The notes under the pieces are model-generated. The model searched no databases. It had not been told where the DNA came from and saw only the letters and a program-made list of their open reading frames with translations. DNA of 64,000 nucleotides from Waterburya sp. (GTDB lineage Bacteria > Cyanobacteriota > Cyanobacteriia > Cyanobacteriales > Xenococcaceae): the NCBI GenBank assembly GCA_965217895.1, contig CBDCJV010000002.1:1824001-1888000 (forward strand), given 5' to 3'. Shown piece after piece: positions 49,441-59,630 of this stretch; positions within the stretch are counted from its first letter, which is position 1; each line of letters begins with the position of its first letter. Position numbers and translations under genes: made by a program.

Positions 49441-49555
49441 GATATCTTTAAGGTTTCAAGTTGAATCAATGGTGAGGTTATTTATGCCTCCGTCTACTAA
49501 AATAGGAGTTTTGACAAAATCAATTATAAAAAGGCGATCGCAGGTGAGTATTTAA

Positions 49556-50452
49556 GTGGCAAATTTTGAACATCTAACCAAATTAAAACAAGGAACAAAT
49601 AATTGGCTCAATTGGCTAGATAGTAATGGTCAAATAGAAATTGATTTAATTAATGCCGATCTTCGAGGGGTTAATTTATCAGAAGTGTATTTAGTTAAAG
49701 CCAATTTAACTGGTGCAGACTTTACTAACGCGCAACTAAGTAAAGCCAACCTTACAGGAGCAAACTTAAACGAGGCAGAATTAATTAATGCTAATCTCCA
49801 AGGAACAAACCTAACTGGGACAAATTTACAGTCAGCATATTTAATTGAAGCAGATTTAGATCGGGCAAACTTGATTGGTGCAGATTTGCGGTTTGTTAAA
49901 GGGCGAAGTGCCAATTTTAGTGGGGCAAATTTAATTGGTACTTCGATTCGACAAGCACAGCTACGTCAGGCAAACTTTATGCAGGCAAAGCTCAACCGTG
50001 CCAATCTCAGTGAAACAGATTTGGCTTGGGCTAGTTTCGATCAGGCAGATCTATCAGGTGCCAACTTTTTTGAAGCGGAGGTACAGTCAGCTAGCTTTTA
50101 TCAGGCTAATCTTTTTCAGGTTAGCGCGATCGCCACTCATCTAAGTCATAGCTATTTTTTGGCTAGCAATCTGGCACAAGCCAGTATGTCTCGATGCGAT
50201 TTACGCTGGGCAAATCTAAGTTACGCTAATCTTTCCAGTGCAGATTTACAGCAGGCTAAGTTACGAGGGGCAAATCTTACTAAAGCCAATTTAACCACAG
50301 CCAACCTAAGTCATGCCAACCTCAGAGGCACAAATCTTACTAAAGCCAATTTAACGGGAGCAAATCTAACAGCAGCAGATATTGAAGATACAGTTTTTGA
50401 CCGAGCGATTCTCACCAAGACAATTATGCCCGATGGCACAGTTCATCATTGA
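49556..50452 (+). CDS. pentapeptide repeat protein
   Basis: continuous A(N/D)Lxx repeats; ends IMPDGTVH. Confidence 0.95.
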   Translation: MANFEHLTKLKQGTNNWLNWLDSNGQIEIDLINADLRGVNLSEVYLVKANLTGADFTNAQLSKANLTGANLNEAELINANLQGTNLTGTNLQSAYLIEADLDRANLIGADLRFVKGRSANFSGANLIGTSIRQAQLRQANFMQAKLNRANLSETDLAWASFDQADLSGANFFEAEVQSASFYQANLFQVSAIATHLSHSYFLASNLAQASMSRCDLRWANLSYANLSSADLQQAKLRGANLTKANLTTANLSHANLRGTNLTKANLTGANLTAADIEDTVFDRAILTKTIMPDGTVHH

Positions 50453-50481
50453 ACATTAAGCATTGAGCATTAAGCATTTAA
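50447..50481. repeat. heptamer array CATTRAR x5
   Basis: CATTGAA CATTAAG CATTGAG CATTAAG CATTTAA; inverted counterpart at 50856-50876. Confidence 0.8.
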
Positions 50482-50843
50482 GATTTATTGGTGTTAATTC
50501 TGGTGGTTTTCAAAATTGAAAAGAGAATCTTAGCTAACTCATCTGCATTTTGATAGATACTGTCAAAGGATTTTATATCTATGTAACCAGTGTCTTTCAA
50601 TAGAGACAGCCAATATTTTGTCTCTAAAGTTTCTTTATAAGCTATAGATATTTTTGCTGAAAAGTCAGATTTAGAAATTGCTCCATTGGCTTCAGCTATA
50701 TTCGCTCCAATCGATGTGCCACTTCTTAATAGTTGCTTAGATAAAACATACTCTCTTTTGTGTTCAATCAAATACTTATAAGCATTAACAATTCTGATAG
50801 CGAAGCAATATGCCTTATCATAAGTGACATTATTTTTGCCCAT
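50478..50843 (-). CDS. four helix bundle protein (23S rRNA IVP/bAvd-like family)
   Basis: LSKQLLRSGTSIGANIAEA...DFSAKISIAYKETLETKYWL. Confidence 0.93.
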   Translation of the reverse strand: MGKNNVTYDKAYCFAIRIVNAYKYLIEHKREYVLSKQLLRSGTSIGANIAEANGAISKSDFSAKISIAYKETLETKYWLSLLKDTGYIDIKSFDSIYQNADELAKILFSILKTTRINTNKS

Positions 50844-50870
50844 CCTTTAAGATTGCTCAATGTTTAATAT

Positions 50871-51518
50871 TTAATTTTTATCCCATCCTTCTATTCCTAA
50901 TGTTTTAGGCGATAGCAAAAGATATTCGCTTTGCTTTTGGCGATAGCGAGATAAACGTTTGCGAGATTTCAATGTTTCTCTAGCAATATATTTAAACCAT
51001 TTATGTACATTACTTCCTGAACTATAGCCCTCTATCAAAGCCTCTTCAGCAATGTCTAGTAAAATTTGTACCAAATCCGCAGCAAAAATTTCTAAATAAC
51101 GATTGTATACATTAGACTCCTCTCGCCAATGAGGCAATGTTTCATCTCCTACTCCCATGTTTCTTGCCAACTCAATTAGATCATAATGATCTGTATACCA
51201 GATATTTTCATAATCCATGTCAGGAAAAATATTGGCTTTACTGGCAAGAATATCGATCAGGCTGATAATAATGTTATTGATTTTATTTTGTTCAGCGGAA
51301 GTATAGCGTTCTTTGACTACGGCTCGTAACATCTGTGCTATTTCGCCATATCGCTTTTGAGCGATCGCACAGGCTTGAGGATAGTCTTGATTTGCTAACT
51401 GAGTAAACTTGTCCTGTTGAGTTTTGGGTAATTTATGATGTCTCTCTCTGGCTCTATCCAACTGTGGGTTATGAGTAGTTCCAGCCAAAAAATTAGGAAA
51501 TAATTTGATTAATAACAT
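50871..51518 (-). CDS. hypothetical protein
   Basis: 215-aa ATG ORF, no recognised motif. Confidence 0.65.
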   Translation of the reverse strand: MLLIKLFPNFLAGTTHNPQLDRARERHHKLPKTQQDKFTQLANQDYPQACAIAQKRYGEIAQMLRAVVKERYTSAEQNKINNIIISLIDILASKANIFPDMDYENIWYTDHYDLIELARNMGVGDETLPHWREESNVYNRYLEIFAADLVQILLDIAEEALIEGYSSGSNVHKWFKYIARETLKSRKRLSRYRQKQSEYLLLSPKTLGIEGWDKN

Positions 51519-51757
51519 AGGTTAAATAGGGTTGCTAAATACTTCTGACAATGAAAGTGGAAATTTGAATTTATGTGGTTCGATCTAGCTATGATTTAAA
51601 ATCATTACTCAGCTAAAAGCGATCGCAAATGATTTCGATCGCATTCTTGAAAGATCTACGTCCTTAACTTAAAATCCTGGTTTAGTCTGGATGTCACGTG
51701 ACTATAATTTGCTAGACTAGAAGTTATACTTTAGTTCTTTAGTACTATATAAAAACC

Positions 51758-52114
51758 ATGAGTCTTAACGTTGTTAATTTAGTAGGTCGTGCTGGTGCTG
51801 CACCTGAGATAATCCACTTTCAGTCAGGTTCAATGCTGTGTAAGCTTCCTTTGGCTGTTAATCGCCGTAGTCGCAACAGTGACCAGCCAGACTGGTTCAA
51901 CCTCGAAATTTGGGGAAAAACTGCGGAAATAGCGGGAAACTACGTTCAAAAAGGCAAGCTGATTGGCATTCAAGGTTCTTTAAAGATTGAAACCTGGACA
52001 GATAAAAATACAGGCGGACAGCGATCGCGTCCTACAATAAAAGTCGATCGCTTAGAATTACTGGGTTCAAAACAAGACAATGATTCTAATGCGGTAAGCG
52101 GATACCCAGAGTAA
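51758..52114 (+). CDS. ssb: single-stranded DNA-binding protein
   Basis: LNVVNLVGR, LAVNR, DWFNLEIWGKTAE, KGKLIGIQGSLKIETW. Confidence 0.95.
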   Translation: MSLNVVNLVGRAGAAPEIIHFQSGSMLCKLPLAVNRRSRNSDQPDWFNLEIWGKTAEIAGNYVQKGKLIGIQGSLKIETWTDKNTGGQRSRPTIKVDRLELLGSKQDNDSNAVSGYPE

Positions 52115-52133
52115 TTCATTTATCAGTTATCAT

Positions 52134-52462
52134 TTACCAAACTCCTTCGGAGTTAAGTAGCAAGTAGCAGCCGCGTGGAGCGGCTCGACTTTCCTTCGGA
52201 AAGGCGGCGAACGACCGTTCGCGCAGATAGCAATTAAGAAAAACTCCGAAGTTGGTAATTGCGCCTCTTCACTCATGAGGAAAAGGTGAAAAAATAATTC
52301 AACTCTTGAATCCTCTGACACAGAGGCTATCGGCTCAAGTCGCGACGCTTGCCTGCGATAGCAGGCTGTGGCAGAGGTTGAACTTGCAGACGCGCTTCGC
52401 GTCTGGCCGTTGCGGAGCAACGTCGGCAGCCTCCAGGCTGCGCTACTTGTTATGCTACTTGT
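52134..52462. repeat. GC-rich cluster of nested mini-hairpin elements within heptamer repeats
   Basis: about ten short palindromes, including two three-hairpin units (52169-52222 plus, 52387-52441 minus). Confidence 0.8.
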
Positions 52463-52492
52463 GAACATTTACCAATTGACGAGGTTGGGGAG

Positions 52493-54091
52493 ATGGGGAG
52501 TTGGAGAGATGGTGACAAGTTAATAAATAGCGATCGCCTGTATTTCCTTGGTTTGCTTATTGCTGCGGTGTTTCTTTATACCTCTGGTTTAGGGAATTTG
52601 CCTCTGAGGGACTGGGATGAAGGTATTGTGGCGGGGGTGGCGCGTAATATTTGGCGTGCTTCTCCAGGGGAACATACTTGGCTTTATCCGACGATTAACT
52701 ATGACCAGCCTTATTGGAATAAACCGCCTTTGGTGCATTGGCTAATTGCTTTTGCTTATCGCCTGTTTGGGATAAGTGAATGGAGTACTAGGCTTTTTCC
52801 TGCTTTGCTGTCAGCTTTGGCTGTTCCCTTGCTTTATAAGATTGGTCGAGAAGTTTTTCCTACTCGTTCAGCAGCAATCTTGTCAGCTTTGGTGTACTTG
52901 ACTCTTTTGCCAGTCGCCCGTCACGGTAGATTGGCGATGTTAGACGGTGCGATCGCCTGTTGGTTTTGTCTAGGGATCTGGTGTCTATTACGGGGACGTA
53001 AATCACCTCGCTGGTTATTAGGTGCAGGCTTGGGGATTGGTTTAATCTGTCTGACTAAAGGCATCATGATGGGAGTATTGCTAGGGGGAATTGCTCTTAT
53101 TTTTATCGCCTGGGATAGTCCTGACTTATTACGTAGTTCTTATTTATGGAGTGGCTTAATTTTAGGAGTAACTCCAGCGATCGCCTGGTATGTACTTCAA
53201 TATTTACATTATGGGTCACAATTTTTAGGGATTAGCTTAGGCACACAAACCTTCAACCGCATCTGGAAGCCTGTAAGCCATGTTTCAGGTTCTCCATGGT
53301 TCTATTTACTAGAAATTGCTAAATACAGCCTTCCCTGGCTTATTTTCCTACCTAGAGGCATTAAATTGGCGGTTGAGAATCGCGATAAAACCTGGGGAAA
53401 GTTAGCTTTAATCTGGAGTGGAGTTTATCTGCTGGCTATTTCTCTCATGGCGACTAAGTTACCGTGGTATGTCATCCCCATCTATCCTGGATTATCGTTA
53501 TTTATTGGAGCTAGTTTAAACACAGCTTGGCAAAAAAGAAGTCCTTACTCTTGGAAGATTTGCTTGAGTTTGGTTGCTCTAATCTGTTGGATAGGTAACG
53601 GTATCTATGCCTGGGGCTATTTAAATTCAGGTTCAAATCTAGATCTAACTATAATTTTATTGATAGTGGCTGTTAGCCTGAGCATTGCTGCCCTTCTACT
53701 CTGGCGATCTTCAGCATATTTTATTTTTGTAACAATTGCTGGTTTTTATCTTGCTCTATTGTTGCTATTCAATTCAAATGATTGGCTATGGGAATTAAAT
53801 GAAGCTTTTCCCGTCAAGCCTGTGGCTGAAGTGATTCAAAAAAATACACCGCCTCGACAACCTATATATACTGCTTACGCTAACTTTCGTCCCTCTTTAG
53901 AATTTTATAGCGATCGCGTCGTTGCCCCCGCCTCAGATGAGAAACTACAGCAATACTGGCAACAAAACCAGCCTGTATACCTTCTGGTAGATCGAGACGC
54001 TATTGAGCGATTAAATTTAAAACCCTATAAAAAATTAGGGAATGAGCCAAATGATGTAATATGGCAATTGATTACTCAGGCGGATAAGTAA
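52493..54091 (+). CDS. ArnT/GT39-like glycosyltransferase
   Basis: LRDWDEG, NKPPLVHW, RLAMLDG, TKLPWY. Confidence 0.9.
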   Translation: MGSWRDGDKLINSDRLYFLGLLIAAVFLYTSGLGNLPLRDWDEGIVAGVARNIWRASPGEHTWLYPTINYDQPYWNKPPLVHWLIAFAYRLFGISEWSTRLFPALLSALAVPLLYKIGREVFPTRSAAILSALVYLTLLPVARHGRLAMLDGAIACWFCLGIWCLLRGRKSPRWLLGAGLGIGLICLTKGIMMGVLLGGIALIFIAWDSPDLLRSSYLWSGLILGVTPAIAWYVLQYLHYGSQFLGISLGTQTFNRIWKPVSHVSGSPWFYLLEIAKYSLPWLIFLPRGIKLAVENRDKTWGKLALIWSGVYLLAISLMATKLPWYVIPIYPGLSLFIGASLNTAWQKRSPYSWKICLSLVALICWIGNGIYAWGYLNSGSNLDLTIILLIVAVSLSIAALLLWRSSAYFIFVTIAGFYLALLLLFNSNDWLWELNEAFPVKPVAEVIQKNTPPRQPIYTAYANFRPSLEFYSDRVVAPASDEKLQQYWQQNQPVYLLVDRDAIERLNLKPYKKLGNEPNDVIWQLITQADK

Positions 54092-54095
54092 TTAC

Positions 54096-55238
54096 GTGGA
54101 TCTAAAATATGCTTTTGTGCATGAATGGTTGACTCCCAAGGCGACAGGGGGTTCAGAATTAGTGGTCAAAGAAATTTTGCAACATATCGATGCGGATCTT
54201 TACGCTTTAATTGATTTTGAATCTGTTAACCCCGAAAGCTATCTCTATCAAAGAAAAATAGGCACTACATTTCTCCAAAAGTTTCCCCAGGCTCAAAATG
54301 GCATCCAAAAATATTTGCCTTTGTTGCCCTTAGCAATTGAGCAATTAGATCTAAATGACTATGATATAATTCTTTCTTCTTCCCACGCAGTAGCCAAAGG
54401 AATCCTGACTAATCCTCATCAACTACACATTTGTTATTGTCATACTCCAATGCGATATGCTTGGGATCTAACTTTTGATTATTTAAATGGCGATCGCCAA
54501 GGAAAAGGAATCAAAGGCATAATTGCCAGGTATATCCTCCACCGTCTGCGTCAATGGGACGTTATTTCGGCAAATCGAGTTGATTACTTTATTGCTAATT
54601 CTAACCATACAGCCAAACGTATTTGGCGTTGTTACCGTCGTTCTGCTAAAGTAATTTATCCTCCAGTTGAGTTAGAAAGATTTGATTTCCAGCCAGAAAA
54701 AGCAGACTTCTATCTGACAATTTCTCGACTGGTAAGTTATAAACAAATATGCTTGATTGTTAAAGCATTTAATCAATTAAGAAAACCCTTAGTAATTATT
54801 GGAGAGGGACCACAGATAGAAGAGATACGTCAATTAGCCCAATCCAATATTCAAGTTCTAGGTTGGCAACCCTATAACATTGTTCAAAAATACATAACCA
54901 AAGCTAAAGCCTTTGTTTATGCAGCTTGTGAAGACTTTGGAATTGCTCTAGTAGAAGCGCAGGCTTGTGGAACACCAGTAATTGCCTATGGAAAAGGAGG
55001 TGCTTTAGAAACAGTCAAAGATATTCGGCAAAATCCTCAAGATGGTACAGGTTTGTTTTTTGAGGTTCAAAAACCAGAAGCTTTAGTGGCGACGGTCAAT
55101 AATTTTGAAAAACTGCAAACTCAAATTGAGCCAGAAAATTGTCGCTTGCAGGCAAGCAAATTTAGCTCAACAAATTTTAAACAATCCTATTTAAAATTTA
55201 TCGAAGATTGTTATCAAGAATGGAAGTATCCCAATTAA
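54096..55238 (+). CDS. GT4 family glycosyltransferase
   Basis: GGSELV, CHTPMRYAW, EDFGIALVEAQACGTPVI. Confidence 0.92.
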   Translation: MDLKYAFVHEWLTPKATGGSELVVKEILQHIDADLYALIDFESVNPESYLYQRKIGTTFLQKFPQAQNGIQKYLPLLPLAIEQLDLNDYDIILSSSHAVAKGILTNPHQLHICYCHTPMRYAWDLTFDYLNGDRQGKGIKGIIARYILHRLRQWDVISANRVDYFIANSNHTAKRIWRCYRRSAKVIYPPVELERFDFQPEKADFYLTISRLVSYKQICLIVKAFNQLRKPLVIIGEGPQIEEIRQLAQSNIQVLGWQPYNIVQKYITKAKAFVYAACEDFGIALVEAQACGTPVIAYGKGGALETVKDIRQNPQDGTGLFFEVQKPEALVATVNNFEKLQTQIEPENCRLQASKFSSTNFKQSYLKFIEDCYQEWKYPN

Positions 55239-55332
55239 AGTCATGAAGTTACTGTTTATTTGACAATAATCTGTTAATTAAGACTTTATAGATTTATTAT
55301 TGGAAAAGTGGTGTGATGTGTGAAGGAGTAAG

Positions 55333-56061
55333 ATGACTGCTAACAGCCAACTTATTTCCGTCAAAGTAGTACAGGGATTCGTTAGAAAAGGTTTTCAATC
55401 TTTTCTCAATCTTTACAGGTTGAATTTATCTTTCCCTATTTTGGACGGAAATTTTATAAAACGTCTATTTGATATAGTATTTGCTTTATTTATTCTCATT
55501 GTATTTTCTCCCTTGTATCTGATTCTGATGGCATTAATTGCCCTCAATTCCCAAGGACCAATTTTTTATGTACAACAAAGAGTTGGTAAAAACCATAAGC
55601 CTTTTAACTGTATTAAATTTAGGACGATGGTTGACAATGCAGACGAAGTTTTAGAAACCATGATGCAAGATTCTGCTCAAATGCGTCATGAGTTCCAATC
55701 TAGTTTTAAGCTTAAGCGAGATCCGCGAATTACTAAAATTGGTAAATTCTTACGCTTGACGAGTTTAGATGAATTTCCTCAATTTTGGAATGTATTAAGA
55801 GGAGATATGAGCGTAATTGGACCAAGACCTTTAGTTCCTGAAGAATTGCCCAAATATGGTCGCAGAATTAATACTGTGCTGACAATCAGACCAGGAATCA
55901 CTGGTCTTTGGCAGGTATCTGGTAGAAATGATATTCCCTATCCTAAAAGAGTGAAAATAGATGTATATTACGCCACTAGCCATAGCTGGATACTTGATTT
56001 GTGGATTGTTTATAAAACTATCGGCGTAATTGTTTTTCCTAAAAATAATGGTGCCTATTAA
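55333..56061 (+). CDS. priming sugar transferase, HepC/WcaJ-like
   Basis: KRLFDI, KFRTM, DPRIT, SLDEFPQFWNVLRGDMSVIGPRP, PGITGLWQVSGR. Confidence 0.92.
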   Translation: MTANSQLISVKVVQGFVRKGFQSFLNLYRLNLSFPILDGNFIKRLFDIVFALFILIVFSPLYLILMALIALNSQGPIFYVQQRVGKNHKPFNCIKFRTMVDNADEVLETMMQDSAQMRHEFQSSFKLKRDPRITKIGKFLRLTSLDEFPQFWNVLRGDMSVIGPRPLVPEELPKYGRRINTVLTIRPGITGLWQVSGRNDIPYPKRVKIDVYYATSHSWILDLWIVYKTIGVIVFPKNNGAY

Positions 56062-56198
56062 CTTTGCAAGAAACAAATTTTTTCCTGTAGACATCTAGTT
56101 ACATAAGTTTAATAGTTACAAGTTGTTAGCTAGCCGTTATCTCTAATCGGAATTAAATTAACCTAATCAGTATTGAATAAAATTTTATACTACCTTCT

Positions 56199-57296
56199 AT
56201 GAATCCGATTACGTTTTTGACTCTGATCGCAGGACTAGTATTGCTGGTAGTGGGTGCAGAGTTCTTGGTCAGGGGTGCATCAACGGCTGCTGCTGTTCTC
56301 AAAATTCCTCCCTTAATTATTGGGCTGACTATTGTAGCTTATGGAACTAGCGCGCCAGAAATGTCTGTTAGCGTTATGTCTGCCTTTAAAGGACAGGGTG
56401 ATATTGCCATGGGCAACGTAGTTGGTAGCAATATCTGTAATATTTTGCTCGTTTTGGGCTTATCCTCAATTGTTGCCCCTTTAACTGTTACAAAGCAGAT
56501 AATTCGCTCGGATGTGCCAATTATGATTGGTGTTTCATTGTTGCTATTGTTGTTTTGTCTGGATGGTGAGCTTAGTAGGGTAGACAGTTTAATTTTGTTT
56601 GTTGGTGCTATTGTCTATACTCTTTCATTGATTTATCAAACTAGTAAGCAAGGTGCAGAGCAAGATGAATTTGCCGAAGAATATAGTTTTTCTGGCACAA
56701 GTAGCCCGATTTTATGGTTAAAAAATATTGTTTTTATACTAGGCGGTTCAGCATTACTAATCTTAGGATCTCGCTGGCTAGTAGAATCGGCAGTTAAAAT
56801 TGCTGGAAGTTTTGGAGTCAGCGAGTTGTTAATTGGGTTAACGATTGTAGCGTTGGGAACATCCTTACCAGAGCTTGCTACATCAGTGGTTGCTAGTTTT
56901 CGGGGAGAACGAGATATTGCTGTAGGAAATGTCTTAGGAAGTAATATTTTTAATATTTTAGCGGTACTAGGTATTGCAGGAATAGTTGCACCAAATGGGA
57001 TTAGCGTTAGCAATAGCGTAATCCAGTTTAACGCTCCTGTGGCGATCGCCGTAGCTTTTGCCTGTTTGCCAATTTTTTATTCAGGAAAAAAAATTGATCG
57101 CTGGGAAGGCTTTTTGTTTCTATTCTATTATCTAGCTTATAACGCTTATCTTATTTTAGATGCTCTTAATCACAAAGCTTTACCTACATATACCAATATT
57201 ATGCTTTTTATTATTATACCTTTAACCATTGTTGCCCTAATTGCTATGGCAATTATCGAAAAACGCAAACGAACAGAAAGAAAAAACTCTGCTTAA
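56199..57296 (+). CDS. Ca2+/Na+ antiporter, YrbG family
   Basis: two alpha repeats GTSAPE / GTSLPE and GNVVGSNI / GNVLGSNI. Confidence 0.93.
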   Translation: MNPITFLTLIAGLVLLVVGAEFLVRGASTAAAVLKIPPLIIGLTIVAYGTSAPEMSVSVMSAFKGQGDIAMGNVVGSNICNILLVLGLSSIVAPLTVTKQIIRSDVPIMIGVSLLLLLFCLDGELSRVDSLILFVGAIVYTLSLIYQTSKQGAEQDEFAEEYSFSGTSSPILWLKNIVFILGGSALLILGSRWLVESAVKIAGSFGVSELLIGLTIVALGTSLPELATSVVASFRGERDIAVGNVLGSNIFNILAVLGIAGIVAPNGISVSNSVIQFNAPVAIAVAFACLPIFYSGKKIDRWEGFLFLFYYLAYNAYLILDALNHKALPTYTNIMLFIIIPLTIVALIAMAIIEKRKRTERKNSA

Positions 57297-57444
57297 AGAC
57301 AGGTAGTTCACCAGAGGGCAAACCCATACTCAAATAGTAAGTGAGAAAGTTTATAGTTATTCAGCGATCGCTTAATCGTTTAATTAGTATTATTAGCTAC
57401 GGTTTAAATATTATGATAAGAAAAATATTTATTTAGGAGGGTTC

Positions 57445-57696
57445 ATGTCCTCAGACAAGGTTGAAGTGTGTCCAGTTTGCCAAGTTCAGATCAAAAACGA
57501 TCGCGAAGTAATCTTTAGTAGTGGTCAGCCAGGCGATCGTACAAAACTCTGGGCAAGAGTCTGTAAATATGTTGGCGATCGCAAAGAAGGCTGTATTAAT
57601 CAAGACACCAGCAAAATAAAGCCGATTAAACCTACTGATGGCTATAAACCAGTGACATTTGAACAACGAGATTCAACAATGAACAATGAACAATGA
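57445..57696 (+). CDS. small hypothetical protein
   Basis: AGGAGG RBS; CPVC...LWARVC...CIN; C-terminus runs into ACAATGA heptamers. Confidence 0.75.
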   Translation: MSSDKVEVCPVCQVQIKNDREVIFSSGQPGDRTKLWARVCKYVGDRKEGCINQDTSKIKPIKPTDGYKPVTFEQRDSTMNNEQ

Positions 57697-57986
57697 ACAG
57701 TTGATAATTACTGATTGAACAGTTGGGGCAGTAAGACGAGCGACCCCGCGTCGCCGACAGGCGCAAGGGAACGCGCGAGGGAAGCAGTGGGAATAGTCTT
57801 TTATCTATGGGCAATTGTTCTTACTAGATTACTGCTCTTACTGAACGTATCATTAACTAATACTAAATCCTGTTCACAGAGGTTGCTTACATATCGCCCC
57901 CTAAATCTCCCAATTCTGGGGGACTTAAACGAGTCTTTGTTTCCTACCAATCGAATTTAGTATGATTACTAGTCGCTCACAGATAG

Positions 57987-59498
57987 TCAACTCAGGAACA
58001 GCTTATAAGAAGGATTGGTGCTTTCATCCCAATAACGATAACCTAGAGAATTGAGAAACTTTTGCCACTCTGGCATCTCATTAGGCGGAACTTGCATACC
58101 TACGGCGATACGTCCGTAGTCTGCACCATTATTACGGTAGTGAAATAAGCTGATGTTCCAGTTAGGACTCATACAGCTAAGAAACTTTACTAATGCCCCT
58201 GGACGTTCGGGAAACTCAAAGCGATATAGCAGTTCGTTTTCTGCTAAAGGCGATCGCCCGCCCACCATGTGACGCAGGTGCATCTTAGCAAGTTCGTCAT
58301 CGGTCAGATCGATTGTTTTAAATCCTTGTGCCTCAAAAGCTGCGACAATTTCTGCTGCATCAGCGCGGTTTTTAATTTGTACCCCCACAAAGATATTAGC
58401 CTTGCGATTGTCGGCAATACGATAGTTAAATTCAGTTAGATTACGCTTGCCAATACACTCACAAAAACGACGGAAACTGCCTCTTTCTTCAGGGATAGTG
58501 ACGGCAAAAATGGCTTCTCGTCGTTCGCCAATTTCTGCTCTTTCTGAGACAAAACGGAGACGATCAAAGTTCATATTTGCACCACAGGCGATCGCCACTA
58601 AAGTTTCTCCTGTAATGTTTTCTCTTTCTACATAGGCTTTTGCTCCTGCGATCGCCAATGCTCCCGCTGGTTCTAAAATAGAACGAGTATCCTCAAACAC
58701 ATCTTTGATTGCAGCACAGGTATCATCCGTACTTACTAAAATAATCTCGTCTACATAATCCTGACAGAGGCGAAATGTTTCTACTCCCACTTCTCTTACC
58801 GCCACACCATCGGCAAATAAACCAACTTTGGGCAAGCATACCCGATAACCAGCCTTTAGAGATTGAGACATCCCATCGGCATCAATGGGTTCAACGCCAA
58901 TTATCTTGATTTCGGGACGTAATCGCTTAATGTATGCCGAAATTCCGCTAATTAAGCCTCCACCACCGATCGCCACAAAAATAGCATGAATCGGCTGTTG
59001 ATACTGCCGTAAAATCTCCATGCCGATTGTTCCTTGTCCTGCGATCACATCAGGATCGTCAAAAGGATGAATAAAAGTCAAACCTTTCTCTGCACACAAT
59101 TCTTTAGCATGGGCGCAGGCATCATCATAAGTATCTCCATGCAAAACCACATTCGCGTCACGGGCAATTACTGCATCTATCTTTACTTGAGGAGTAGTAA
59201 TAGGCATAACAATAATTGCCTTTGTCCCCAGTTGCTTTGCAGCCAATGCAACCCCTTGAGCATGATTTCCTGCCGAGGCTGCAATCACTCCCTGTTGTAA
59301 AATATCAGTAGATAATTGCGCCATTTTGTTATATGCACCCCGCAGCTTAAAAGAAAATACAGACTGCATATCCTCTCGTTTCAAAAGTAGTTTATTTTGC
59401 AGTCTAGTAGAAAGATTGGGAGCATATTCTAGAGGTGACTCTTGAGCCACATCATAAACGCGGGCGTTGAGAATCCTCTCCAAGTAATCGGATTTCAT
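57987..59498 (-). CDS. ilvA: biosynthetic threonine ammonia-lyase
   Basis: SFKLRGAYN, ASAGNHAQG, IGGGGL, two ACT-like domains (PEERG, FPERPG). Confidence 0.97.
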   Translation of the reverse strand: MKSDYLERILNARVYDVAQESPLEYAPNLSTRLQNKLLLKREDMQSVFSFKLRGAYNKMAQLSTDILQQGVIAASAGNHAQGVALAAKQLGTKAIIVMPITTPQVKIDAVIARDANVVLHGDTYDDACAHAKELCAEKGLTFIHPFDDPDVIAGQGTIGMEILRQYQQPIHAIFVAIGGGGLISGISAYIKRLRPEIKIIGVEPIDADGMSQSLKAGYRVCLPKVGLFADGVAVREVGVETFRLCQDYVDEIILVSTDDTCAAIKDVFEDTRSILEPAGALAIAGAKAYVERENITGETLVAIACGANMNFDRLRFVSERAEIGERREAIFAVTIPEERGSFRRFCECIGKRNLTEFNYRIADNRKANIFVGVQIKNRADAAEIVAAFEAQGFKTIDLTDDELAKMHLRHMVGGRSPLAENELLYRFEFPERPGALVKFLSCMSPNWNISLFHYRNNGADYGRIAVGMQVPPNEMPEWQKFLNSLGYRYWDESTNPSYKLFLS

Positions 59499-59630
59499 TG
59501 GCGGGATGGGTATATGAAGATAATTTCAGATCTTATCAAAGTTTATCAATTCAAATATAATATCTCGATTCAGTAATACTCTTAAGCAGTCAGAAACTTT
59601 AAATTGTGCGATCGCTTTTTTGATTGGGAA

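Noticed and set aside
50478..50843. diversity-generating retroelement
   Set aside because: no reverse transcriptase or TR/VR pair in the window
52130..52468. 112-aa ORF or a single large ncRNA
   Set aside because: decomposes into separate mini-hairpin units within heptamer repeats, one of which recurs at 16126
57715..57960. 81-aa ORF, and a possible fourth three-hairpin copy near 57740-57790
   Set aside because: repeat debris; only one hairpin plus CGAC is present, without the TGGA loop or H2
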